DNA of 64,000 bases from Paramoeba atlantica. Lineage: Eukaryota; Protista; Discosea. This document shows, one piece after another, positions 30,451-40,773 of this stretch. Each line of letters starts with the position of its first letter. Position 1 is the stretch's first letter. The stretch covers positions 372,001 through 436,000 of the forward strand of contig CDRNVI010000029.1 of NCBI GenBank assembly GCA_977017575.1, read 5' to 3'. The notes beneath the pieces were generated by a model. It worked only from the letters and a program-made list of their open reading frames with translations, did not search any database and had not been told where the DNA came from. Position numbers and translations under genes: made by a program.

Positions 30451-31950
30451 TTAGTTTGGGTCTAGATGGGACAATGCTACCTGGAATGCAGATTCCAGAA
30501 TATCATGTTTAATACTGAAACCAAACTCTGCGCGGGTCAAGCCGTCCGCCGGATTCTCCTTAGATCTAATGTGGAAGACCCTGTACGACATTTTTCCTTT
30601 CTTCTGTCTTTCGATATCCATCAACTCTAAGCAGATAGAGCGTCGAATTGATGTGTTTCTCTGCAACGACCGCACCGCATCCAGATTATCGCACCCCAGA
30701 ATGACATGGGGGGCGAACTCCCATCCTTTAAACAAAGCGCGCTTTGCTGCCGCGAACTCAGCGTCGTATATGTTCTCCAAATATTGCGCAGTATACCATT
30801 GAAACAAAAGCTTGCTATTGGGATCAAAGATCGCAAATCACATGTGCGTTAACGAGGCATCTGAAAATGCCACTACGAATCGCTTAATAGGAACAGGTGG
30901 AAGTTTGTGACACGTGTCGTTAAGCAACATTTTCCCCCAGTGCCATCTCAGCAGCCCAGTTGGTGTTTTGCGAGTGAGTATACCGCATCTTCTGCTAGAA
31001 AAGACAGTGCCCGGGACATCATGCGAACGTCGTACACACCTGCGTAAGAAGACTGAATCACCATTGTATCCCACATGAGAACACCTATATTTTCATGATG
31101 TTGCGCACGGAATCGCGTGTTTTCAGTTGTATCGTACTCCACCGGGACATGTTCGATGATGTATGCATCCAGCAGAGCTTGCCATTCTTCAAGGGGAGAA
31201 GTCAATTCCCAAACATGTTGCTGTATTTGACACGGAAACATACTTCCACTCAATATGACAACCTTTAGGCGGATGCTTGCTGGCTTTTCGCAAATTTGAT
31301 GCCAACTGATCACGTATGTTTTTATGATGAGCCACTGCGAACACATTGTCCATCCACAAGAAAATTGCAGCAACTTTTTGATTTGTCTTAATATTTATTA
31401 GAAACATGAAAGCCGGTGGACTTTCAGTAGTGTATCGTACCTGATGTACTTCGTATCCTATAGGACATGCTTCTAATACTACCAGCCAAGCCAAACATTG
31501 AGCAAAATAGGGGGGCCACGAAAACCCCATCGGAAGTAGTTTCAGCTGGAATGTTGATTGTTCACATTTGATCGAGAAATGGAGAAATCTCAGAAGGAAT
31601 TCGTATTTGATGGAAAAAGTGTCGTACATCGGCCGTAAGAAAGATCCCACCTGGGAAACATGAAGTTATGTGAAATAATTCTGCCAGTGACGGTAAATTT
31701 AGTGTTGGAGATTTGGCACACATATCGTTTAATGGTGTGCCGTCCACTATGCTACGAGACTTAGTTGTACCTTTTGGTACTTCGAAATAACGGAGGTACA
31801 AACGGGGAGAAGAACGGAGATCTTCAACTTCTTTTAGAACCCCACAATGACAGAGTTCCGCAAGGTGTTCTTTCCATTTCACTTGAGTGGTAAATCCTTG
31901 CTTCCCCTTCAATGTCTTCAGTGGGTTCTTCCATTGTTTGAAGTACTAGT
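30451..31950 (-). pseudogene. RT/RNase H of the YR retroelement, multiply frameshifted
   Basis: YFEVPK..KSRSIVD, ADVRHFFHQI, LPMGFSWPPYFAQ, WMDN; RNase H AFSDAS, AEFAAA, GCDN, NPADGLTR. Confidence 0.88.
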
Positions 31951-32269
31951 GTTCAGTCTTATGATCCTATTCGAATAGCTATAGCCATAATTAGAACGGG
32001 TTGAATAATTCATTCATATTTTCTATCTAGGTTATGCTGTTTAAATTACATCATGTAATTTACATGATGCATCATGTATATACATCATGTAATGCAAAGG
32101 TGGGACCCCTGCATTTAATTTACATGCATACCCGCCTCTTTCCTTTCTGCAGCTAAATGGCGGTTATAATCAACAGTTTAAAAGAGAGTTCTCCGGAAGC
32201 ACACGAGTCAGCACACGAGTAAATTCGATTTGTGTTACTATTGATGAGGTTTTGTTTTCTTCACGCTCG

Positions 32270-33160
32270 TCATTGCCTTCGAGGAGCGAGGTAGTGACTT
32301 TGTCTGACCTGATGAGACATGCCAGTAAGGGCGTTGGAGATCATGTTCACAGCGTTTTCCATTACCACACCTGTCCCTCCATGCCTCAGCGTGTGCGTCC
32401 CATCAAAGGAAATACCTGTGGGCCAACCCAGCTCCAGAGCTGCTCGTGTTATGATGCGCCCTGCTTGCCGTTTCTTGTAAGCCGGAAAGAGTATTGCACC
32501 GTGTGGTACCTCAGACATCGCCGACTTTAGTAAATGAACAGCTATAGGAGTCAGGGGTTTGTACCTCTGTTTCTCGGATGAAGCCGGTTGAACCTTGTTG
32601 TGTCTAAGTAAAAGGTGGGCCCATGAGCCCTCTCCACATAAATCTCCACTTCGAATTTGTTCAACCTCACATGACCTCAACGCTGCGTAGTACTGAACCT
32701 GAAAAGCCATCGAAAGTTGAGGTCCATGTGGTTGAGGTTGTAGCCAATTTACGAGGCTGCGCAGCATTTCCTCTGAAACATATCCCCGCGGGTTTTTTCT
32801 TACTCTTTTCCTTGCTGATGCCGCGGCTCCTTCTACAGCTCTCAATATGACACGATCTCCAGCCCACGGACTTTCGTCTGGTTCCAGGTCCATATGCTGA
32901 CACTCCTGGTAAAAGAGTAGGGCGCTCCGGTAACCTTGCAAAGTAGACCTTGAACAACCCATTACTGAGCGATTCCAAAGAAAGCAACCAAAGGATTCTT
33001 TGGAAACTTTACTATACTCCTTTTCTCTACAGAAAGCCTTTAGAATTTCAATTCTATTTTCATACAGCTTTCGCGTACTTGGTGCAATAGATTGCAAGGC
33101 GAGACGCTCGACAAAACTTTCTGTGCGAGGGAGGCTTCCTTGACTTTGGGATTCTTGCAT
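32270..33160 (-). CDS. Tyrosine recombinase of the retroelement (open frame)
   Basis: STLQGYRSAL N-domain; YAALRSCEV (R), HNK, HTLRHGG (HxxR), QSHYL (Y); ATG 33160. Confidence 0.9.
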   Translation of the reverse strand: MQESQSQGSLPRTESFVERLALQSIAPSTRKLYENRIEILKAFCREKEYSKVSKESFGCFLWNRSVMGCSRSTLQGYRSALLFYQECQHMDLEPDESPWAGDRVILRAVEGAAASARKRVRKNPRGYVSEEMLRSLVNWLQPQPHGPQLSMAFQVQYYAALRSCEVEQIRSGDLCGEGSWAHLLLRHNKVQPASSEKQRYKPLTPIAVHLLKSAMSEVPHGAILFPAYKKRQAGRIITRAALELGWPTGISFDGTHTLRHGGTGVVMENAVNMISNALTGMSHQVRQSHYLAPRRQ

Positions 33161-33654
33161 AGGTAGCAAAACTAGATTCTCACAGAAGGAGGTTCTGTAT
33201 ATGTACAAATAATTAATAAGAATACAATATATTTGCAGTAGGGATATTTTATCTTTGTTGCTCTGGATTTCTAATATGTAGTATGTATGTGCGTACTACC
33301 TCTGTTTCCATTATTGGGGCTGTAAATAATGGCTAATCTGAAGAATCTTTGTTTAATGATGTGTCTACTCTAATAATGAGGTATATGCAGAGTCTTCACC
33401 ACGTCGTATTATCTCTTGTGATAATTGCAATACAGAACCAAATATTATCCAAAATCGATTCAAGGTCTTTTTTTTTTCTCTTCTCTGGAATACGCTTACT
33501 GATTTCCCTTAAACCAATCGATGTGTCATGGCATACATAGCTATAAATTTATTAATAAGTATATTGGGCGGCAGTACATTGTACATGACTTTCAAATTGA
33601 GAAAAATGGGTTTATTATCAAAGGGTTTATAAGTAAAGAAATAACGTCGAATAT

Positions 33655-34221
33655 CTAGCAATCACGCGAATAACTACTCCAGAGGACGAAACTCTTCGTC
33701 TTCCAGGACATCCCAGAGCTTCCCCCCAAATGAGGACGGCTTTCGGTCCCTGCCCATTCCGTTAGCTGCCCTCCTTCCTTCTCTCCGTCGCGGGCTTTTT
33801 GAATTTTCATTTCCTTTGGAGGATTGAGTAGCAATTCTGCCAACTTTGAACGTTGACTTAAGTCTACGATCATAGCTTCAAAGGCCTGGACATTTTGAGT
33901 ACGACGAAACCCTAGGATTTTACTTGACAATTGAGCTCGGACTTCTAGCGATTCGCCCTTGTAGGCACTATCGACGAACTCCATAACAGCCATCGCGCAT
34001 TCATCTTCGCTTATTTCTGCCATATACTTGGCCATGCTCGCCAAGCTGACATTCCGATTAAAGCGGAGTTGAATTTTTATGTCCGTTTTCGTTGAGACTG
34101 GGTCATGCTCACTCGGTGCAACCTCAACTTCGTCTCGGTTCATGGTCAAAACGTTTCTTCGAGGCATAATAAGATATAGTGTACATGTAAATTTTCCTTT
34201 TCTTTCGGCAAGTATGATCAT
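33655..34221 (-). CDS. gag-like ORF1 of the YR retroelement
   Basis: 188-aa ORF first in order, directly downstream of the internal complementary region; assigned by position only. Confidence 0.5.
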   Translation of the reverse strand: MIILAERKGKFTCTLYLIMPRRNVLTMNRDEVEVAPSEHDPVSTKTDIKIQLRFNRNVSLASMAKYMAEISEDECAMAVMEFVDSAYKGESLEVRAQLSSKILGFRRTQNVQAFEAMIVDLSQRSKLAELLLNPPKEMKIQKARDGEKEGGQLTEWAGTESRPHLGGSSGMSWKTKSFVLWSSYSRDC

Positions 34222-34268
34222 CGAACCTGGACAGTAGGGCCTGTCAAACTATTGCCCAAACCACAGGT

Positions 34269-34435
34269 AAAAAAAATATATAATTTTCCGGCGATCACTG
34301 TGCCAGGCAAGCAAAGGCGTGTTTACTACGCCGAGATAATGGTGTGTCGTACCTTGAACAGGAAACTCCTGTACAAGTATAACAACACGCTCATTATCAC
34401 AGCTCCATAAGCACCTAGATACAGGACCCAGCCCG
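34269..34435. repeat. Internal complementary region = reverse complement of the joined element ends
   Basis: 34269-34397 pairs with 30147-30275 (6 mismatches in 129 bp); 34395-34435 pairs with 35798-35840 (38/43 columns). Confidence 0.93.
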
Positions 34436-34548
34436 AGCTGCTAGGCAAGCTCAGCACAGCATCACCCCCTTTTCCCCCCTTTGCAATCTAAGTTTAGTAT
34501 CCTCGGGACATGGAATCCCGAGGACCCGGAAAATAAACAACACATTTC

Positions 34549-35522
34549 GGAACACATGCCCGAGGGGAGGGAGCCATGAATAACCTCGGAGGAAGATGAC
34601 AACCCCCGGAACGTGCACCCTCGGGACACGGAGTCTACAAGAAGACCTCGAATACCAAACCTAAACTGATTCGGAACACATTCCCGAGGGGAGGGAGCCA
34701 CGAATGACCTCGGAGGAAGATGACAACCTCCGGAGCGTGCACCCTCGGGACATGGAGTCTACAAGAAGACTTCGAATACCATACCTAAACTGATTCGGAA
34801 CACATTCCCGAGGGGAGGGAGCCACGAATGACCTCGGAGGAAGATGACAACCTCCGGAGCGTGCACCCTCGGGACATGGAGTCTACAAGAAGACCTCGAA
34901 TACCATACCTAAACTGATTCGGAACACATGCCCGAGGGGAGGGAGCCACGAATGACCTCGGAGGCAGATGACAACCTCCGGAACGTGCACCCTCGGGACA
35001 TGGAGTCTACAAGAAGACCTCGAATACCATACCTAAACTGATTCGGAACACATGCCCGAGGGGAGGGAGCCACGAATGACCTCGGAGGAAGATGACAACC
35101 TCCGGAGCGTGCACCCTCGGGACATGGAGTCTACAAGAAGACCTCGAATACCAAACCTAAACTGATTCGGAACACATGCCCGAGGGGAGGGAGCCACGAA
35201 TGACCTCGGAGGAAGATGACAACCTCCGGAGCGTGCACCCTCGGGACATGGAGTCTACAAGAAGACCTCGAATACCAAACCTAAACTGATTCGGAACACA
35301 TGCCCGAGGGGAGGGAGCCACGAATGACCTCGGAGGAAGATGACAACCTCCGGAGCGTGCACCCTCGGGACATGGAGTCTACAAGAAGACCTCGAATACC
35401 ATACCTAAACTGATTCGGAACACATGCCCGAGGGGAGGGAGCCACGAATGACCTCGGAGGCAGATGACAACCCCCGGAACGTGCACCCTCGGGACACGGA
35501 GTCTACAAGAAGACCTCGAATA
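34549..35522. repeat. Tandem array of ~7.9 x 124-bp units with internal inverted repeats
   Basis: Units start at 34549, 34673, 34797, 34921, 35045, 35169, 35293, 35417; each has CATG-CCCGAGGG ... CCCTCGGGACATG. Confidence 0.97.
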
Positions 35523-36215
35523 AGAACATTCATAGGGGCTGTGAAGTAATGTCGTGCCAGGCTTCCCAAGCCATTTCGTGCGAGTCTCCCAAGCGCTTCT
35601 TTATTATAAAGATGTCGGGAAAAACATAAGTAAATACATTAAGTAGATGAATAAATAGATAATATGAAGAAAGTCCAGAAACAAATACAAGACTTTGTTT
35701 TCGTTTACCCACTATAGCTCAATACTTTATCCGTTTAATATTGCGTTTTGTTCTGCGTTCTTCCCTCACACTTTCCCGTGTTTTTGCACGAGAACGCCGG
35801 GCTTGGGACCGGTATCTAGCGTGTTTATGGAGCTGTGATAGTGTATTGTATACGAAAAAAGATACGCAAGCATTTTGCTTTCAAACATACACTGTGCCAC
35901 TTTAAGGAAGAAGCGCGCGGAAATTAGAATACCTATAGAGGATTTACAACACACTAAGGAAAACCACAGAAAAACTTAGATACGACGAGTAAAAATACAA
36001 TATGAAAAACGTTGCTGTGGACGTAGCTCGGGAAGGTGGGGAGCGCTAAACCCCAACATTGCCAAAAAGGAAAATAGGCAATGCCCCTGTCCTATAGCCT
36101 TGAACCCACCTTGAAAATAATGATACAAGAATTGTTAAAATGTATGCCGCGCACATATAAGAAGATGATTTTCAGTAGTATACTTCAATAATCAAAATTA
36201 GCCTAGGAAATAACC

Positions 36216-37058
36216 TTATTCCTCGTCTTCGGGACGAGCTTCATCCTCCAAAGTTAAAGTTTGCGCCAAAAGAGAAATAAAACCAGTCTCTTCATCGATA
36301 TCTTGAGTCGTGGCAGTCACAACTAAGGTGTTGGCATGTAACTCTTCAACCGCTGTAATCGGGACGGTCTGCAAATCGCGCTGTAAGGCAGGAACATAAA
36401 TCTTCCAAAAGGACTTCTCATAAGCTGAAGTCTCGACGGAAGCTAGGGCGCCGGCAACGAACTGAGTGATTAGCCGGCGAGTGGGTGGCCGTTTTTGTGT
36501 TCTGGTCGCTGCACGCCAATGAGCGAACAGCTCCTTGTACTTTTTCTTGAACGGCCGATTGACAGCCAAGTCCATTAGCTGAACCAGCGCTGCGCAGCCT
36601 GCACGGACGAAACAAACGTCGATTTCCTGGCGACGAAGAAGGGACAGGGCTACCTCGGTTCGGTGACTTACGTACAAGTCTAGAACCAATAAAGTCTTGC
36701 CGGGTGGATACTTTTTTTTGCAGCATGTTGGCTCCGGCCTCATACTGTATTCTGCGGCATTTTGGCGCGGAGGGTGATACTGGTTCATAGAACCGCAGCC
36801 AAGGCGCACCAAACGGTCCCACTTTTGCTTTTTTTTATATATTTTTCTGACGGTGTTTCGATCAAGGTGATACTTTTGAGCAGCCTGTCGTTCTGTTTTT
36901 CCTGCATCCAGAGAAGCGCAGATCTGTATCGTAAGCTCTACTCGAGACATGCGCTCACGCTCGCTTTCCACATGCTGCTCCGTGAGAAGCTGAGCTGTCG
37001 GAAGGATGTTGGTAATGTTCTCTGGAGCAGTGACAACAACGACAGGGTCTCGAGGCAT
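36216..37058 (-). pseudogene. pogo-like transposase with apparent internal deletion
   Basis: N-terminal HTH (ERQAAQKYHLDRNTVRKI) is followed almost directly by LLVLDLYVSH ... VQLMDLAVNRPFK; second HTH and first catalytic D not seen. Confidence 0.8.
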
Positions 37059-37339
37059 TATAGCACCCCTAACCTGATTGATGAAAAATTATCTGTAAAC
37101 TAGTACGCTACTTATCCTCTCGTGACCCGGAGGTTTCATCACAAAAGAGGATAAGTAGCGTACTAGGATATCTAAGGGGGGGTAGCGGTAATTCTTTTTG
37201 TTCCACACCGTTGCAGACGGAAACTTTCAATCACATTTCATTTCTTACCGTAAACGCTTACCGAGTCCGTTTACGCTGTTTTTTCATTTCGACCATAACA
37301 TTCTTTAACTTACAAATCTTCCCCCCATCTCTCCAAACC

Positions 37340-38284
37340 ATGCGTTGGGCATTCCTTGCAGGAGGCTGTGTCGCAGGCCTCACAACAGGCTTCGTACACT
37401 ACAACCCCTCCTCCCCCTCCTCCCCCTCCACCATCGCCTGGGCCTCCGACCGCTCCTCCTCCCTCTCCCACAGTTTCCACAAATTCCCCGTAACCTCCAT
37501 CACTGAACTCTCCCACGACACCAAACTCCTCTCCTTCGCGCTCCCCCACCCCGACGAGCCCTTCCGTCTCACCTGCTCCCAAACCCTCCAGTGCGGCGTG
37601 ATGGACCCCAACCGCAGCCGACGCATCACCCGGCACTACACCCCCGTAACCCCCAACGGCACCCCCGGACACTTCTCCGTCATGGTGAAGCGCTGCCCCG
37701 AGGGGCTCCTATCCCCCCGGCTCCACGCCCTCCAACCCGGCGACACCATGGAGTGGGCCACCGTCCCCCCGAGCTTCGTCTACAAGCCCGGCATGTTCGC
37801 CCGGGTCTACATGATCGCCGGGGGCGCCGGGATCACCCCGATGCTCCAGATGATCCGCACCGTGCTCGGCAACCCCAGCGACACCACCCCGATGCGCCTG
37901 CTGTTCTGCAACAAGACCGAGCAGGACATTCTGTTGCGCGGGGAGCTGGACAAGTTGGCGAAGGAGCACCCCGGGCGGTTCCAGGTGCACTACGCCCTGG
38001 ACCAGCCCCCCGCGGGGTGGAGCGGGGAGAGCGGGTACGTGACCGCGGAGATGGTACGCAGGACATTGAAGGAGGGTGGGCCGGAGAAAGGGGATCGGAT
38101 GCTGGTGTGCGGCCCGGATGCGATGCTGAACCATGTGGCCGGGAACCCGATGGATGTGATGGGGAAGTGGTCCGGGAAGGTGCAACGGATGCAGCCGTTC
38201 TTTCCTGGGGTAAACAATCTTCCCGAGGTGGAGGGGGTATTGGGCTCCATGGGGTGGGATAAGTCGACCACGCATCGGTTTTAG
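37340..38284 (+). CDS. NADH-cytochrome b5 reductase-like flavoprotein
   Basis: RHYTPV, MIAGGAGITPMLQ, LLFCNKTEQDILL, CGP; N-terminal hydrophobic anchor; ATG 37340. Confidence 0.93.
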   Translation: MRWAFLAGGCVAGLTTGFVHYNPSSPSSPSTIAWASDRSSSLSHSFHKFPVTSITELSHDTKLLSFALPHPDEPFRLTCSQTLQCGVMDPNRSRRITRHYTPVTPNGTPGHFSVMVKRCPEGLLSPRLHALQPGDTMEWATVPPSFVYKPGMFARVYMIAGGAGITPMLQMIRTVLGNPSDTTPMRLLFCNKTEQDILLRGELDKLAKEHPGRFQVHYALDQPPAGWSGESGYVTAEMVRRTLKEGGPEKGDRMLVCGPDAMLNHVAGNPMDVMGKWSGKVQRMQPFFPGVNNLPEVEGVLGSMGWDKSTTHRF

Positions 38285-38806
38285 ATATGGCCATGGGAGT
38301 GAGACAGAAGTTTATGTGAGTTTATGAGTTTGTAAAAAAGGCTTTTGAAAGTTGGTTAAATTTCGTTGTTGAGCAACATGCGCACACATGAACCCTGTAC
38401 ATATTATTGATATTCCCTTTGGAAACTTGTGGGCTACATTTCAATCTTCGATATGCAACACAACAAATTATTTGTACGGTACAAGAAATTCTTTTGCAAA
38501 TTGTAAAACAATAAACACATTCTACAGCAATATGGTTAATTTTCTGTTGAGCACGTTGCATTTTTTTGATCCTCTAAAGCAGATATAATTTTGGGCGCCT
38601 TAACCCCGATCTTTCCTGCCTTCGTAAGTTTTTTTCAATTTTTCTTCGTAAACTGATTTCTTCTTAAGATTCTTCATGAACTTATTTTTGTAATTTTATA
38701 TTGACTGGTGTATCGTTATGGTGTATGACCACATCTCCATGTATTTTTCGGAGTGCAGTATAATCAATTTTGAAGTTTTTTCATTAAGCTTTTGCATACT
38801 TTCAGA

Positions 38807-39163
38807 ATGTCCAGATTTTCGGCAGATTTTTCGAAAAAATGTCGGACCTTTCTCGAAGAAAATGCGACAAAGCGCGAAGATCTTCAGAAATGTCTCGAGG
38901 AGAATGTGAAATACGACGTGAACAAAATGTGCGCCAAGCAAAAAAGCGATTACTTATATGCGATTTCACTGGCGTTCTGTCGTCCTGAATACGAGACCGG
39001 TGTGAAATGCCAGAAGGCGGCCGGGGATGAGTGGGCAGACAAGTGCTTTCAAGACAACGTCCTGGTGGGGCAGTGCCTTGATACAACGCTAAAGAAATTG
39101 TACATGTATGGGGTGCAAACGGACCCCAAGAATCCAAACAATCCTAAGACAGTAAGAAGTTAA
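38807..39163 (+). CDS. Small Cys-rich CX9C mitochondrial intermembrane-space-type protein
   Basis: CRPEYETGVKC and CFQDNVLVGQC (twin CX9C) plus additional Cys; ATG follows CAG-A. Confidence 0.7.
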   Translation: MSRFSADFSKKCRTFLEENATKREDLQKCLEENVKYDVNKMCAKQKSDYLYAISLAFCRPEYETGVKCQKAAGDEWADKCFQDNVLVGQCLDTTLKKLYMYGVQTDPKNPNNPKTVRS

Positions 39164-39531
39164 CCGACGTCAGCTAGGTGCTTGGAGCGAGTTTGATACA
39201 GCTTAGTGATTTTCGAGTGATAACGAAAAGGAATGCACTGCGCACCAGTACGTACAGCCGTGCTTCCTTCAGTGTATTATGACTGAGCTGATCCTGTTGA
39301 TGCAGGTTATGCAGGGTATACCCGCTTGTCAGTGTAGAACGCGCCATTAGTGGGTTATGCCTTGACGGTCTAGTCAAGCAAAGTAACTGTATCTGATGGT
39401 ATCCTTTTAATCACAAGGACTATGTGTACCTCACAACAGAGGGTCTACACTTTCCTTTTTTCATCCACTATTTTCTCACCCTTTTCGCACCCTTTTTCTC
39501 CCTCAATACCCCGTTTTTTTCTCCCCCTCCC

Positions 39532-40176
39532 ATGCCCCGGATCCCACTTTCCTGGTTCCCCCCCTCCCCCCTCCCTGGTTGGTTCTCTGACCTCGCCCTG
39601 GAGCTTCGTCTCCCCGCCCTCGCCGCCCTCTACCACTGCTACCGCACCACCGCGCACTACTTTGACGCCTGCCGGTACTTTGAGGAGCGCCGCGGGTGGG
39701 CCTCCACCCGTGGCACCCTGCTCCAGCTCGAGCGTCACACCTACCGCCACCACTACCTCCCGCGGTACAGCGTGGTCTATGAATTTACAGTCAACGGGGA
39801 GCGCTACGAAGGCAGGAGATCCGCGACCGGGAGTCTGTACCCCGGGTGGGTGCTGGAGTGGCTCCCGACCGGCACCGATGTGATCACGGAGGTACAGTAC
39901 CTCCAGGCCACCCCCCCGATGCGCGTGGGGAGCCCATGTACGGTTTTCTATCACAAAAAGAATCCCAGGCTGTGTGGGATTGCCCATGATGCGTGCTCGT
40001 TTGAGTGTAGTGTGCTAGGGAGCGTAAGTGTGCTGGTACTGATCTGGGCGACCCTGTTGAAGCGTCAGGTGCGGACGGGGTGGCGAGGGCTGTTTCCGAG
40101 AACGTACAAGGTGAGGTTGCCGCGGACGATGCAGACAGGGGGAGCGGGTTCGAATGGAAAGCAGCTGGATTCGTAG
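39532..40176 (+). CDS. DUF3592-like membrane protein
   Basis: TM, WASTRGTL..., VVYEFTVNGERYEG, CTVFYHKKNP, second TM. Confidence 0.65.
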   Translation: MPRIPLSWFPPSPLPGWFSDLALELRLPALAALYHCYRTTAHYFDACRYFEERRGWASTRGTLLQLERHTYRHHYLPRYSVVYEFTVNGERYEGRRSATGSLYPGWVLEWLPTGTDVITEVQYLQATPPMRVGSPCTVFYHKKNPRLCGIAHDACSFECSVLGSVSVLVLIWATLLKRQVRTGWRGLFPRTYKVRLPRTMQTGGAGSNGKQLDS

Positions 40177-40773
40177 CGGAGGGAGAGGGATACGGTGGTG
40201 CGTAGTTTATGCGACATGGCTGGCCTTGTATGGCTGTTGATCTTCTGTGCATGCCATAAGCCGTATTTCATGGTAACTCACCAGATGAAGCGGGACTGCA
40301 AAGAATGTCGTAGTCCTGTCACTCGCTCGCTTGTCGTATTGGGTGACCTCCTCGATTGATGCTCTGTCACCTAATGGCTCGAAGCATAGTTAGTCAGTGA
40401 AAGTTGTATTTATCAAATAATTACTCGCTAAAGTTCTATTTCTCGCCGTATTGATTCAAAACATCTTCTGCTTGGGTAGAGCTGATAGTCAATGAAGAGG
40501 GATTCTTTTTCACTGTTTCGCCCACTTTTTTGAGGATATGAGAAGGTATCCACATAATTTGTTGGGGATATAAAAGACAAAATGAAGTGTGATAAAAGGA
40601 AAATACTAAGTATATTGGTGTGAACCCCCTCCCGCTGTGTATAAGGGTGACGGTGTCCATAATGTTCGTTTGAATTCAGAAAAATGAAAATCAAAAAGCT
40701 CTTCTTTGTAAAACTCGATCTCTGAAAGCAGTATTGATTTTTGAATGATCAGCACGCTTAACTCATAAATCGA

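Larger units (their letters stand above)
30147..35840 (-). mobile_element. Tyrosine-recombinase retrotransposon, VIPER/TATE gene order (gag, YR, RT/RNase H)
   Basis: Ends defined by complementarity to the internal region 34269-34435; ATA trinucleotide at both ends; ORFs listed separately. Confidence 0.88.
29884..37188 (-). mobile_element. pogo-like (DD35D) transposon carrying a nested YR retroelement
   Basis: TIRs TA|CCGTTACCCC..CTTAGATATC and GATATCTAAGGGG..TAGCGG|TA; 17-bp subterminal repeat AGGATAAGTAGCGTACT at both ends. Confidence 0.85.

Noticed and set aside
32270-33160. Phage or integron integrase indicating a prokaryotic island
   Set aside because: The YR is flanked by gag-like and RT/RNase H ORFs within a delimited retroelement; no phage or attC features.
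34549-35522. CRISPR array
   Set aside because: Units are near-identical over their whole 124 bp with no unique spacers; no cas genes; eukaryotic context.
37310-38294. Overlapping alternative-frame ORFs in the GC islands (also at 39.4-40.2, 50.2-51.2, 52.5-53.1 kb)
   Set aside because: Gly/Pro/Arg-rich products expected from stop-codon depletion in high-GC DNA; no motifs.
37300-40200. GC-rich genes as recent horizontal transfers
   Set aside because: Composition changes within single ORFs and extends into UTRs; NOT2 and SQT1-like genes are core eukaryotic genes.
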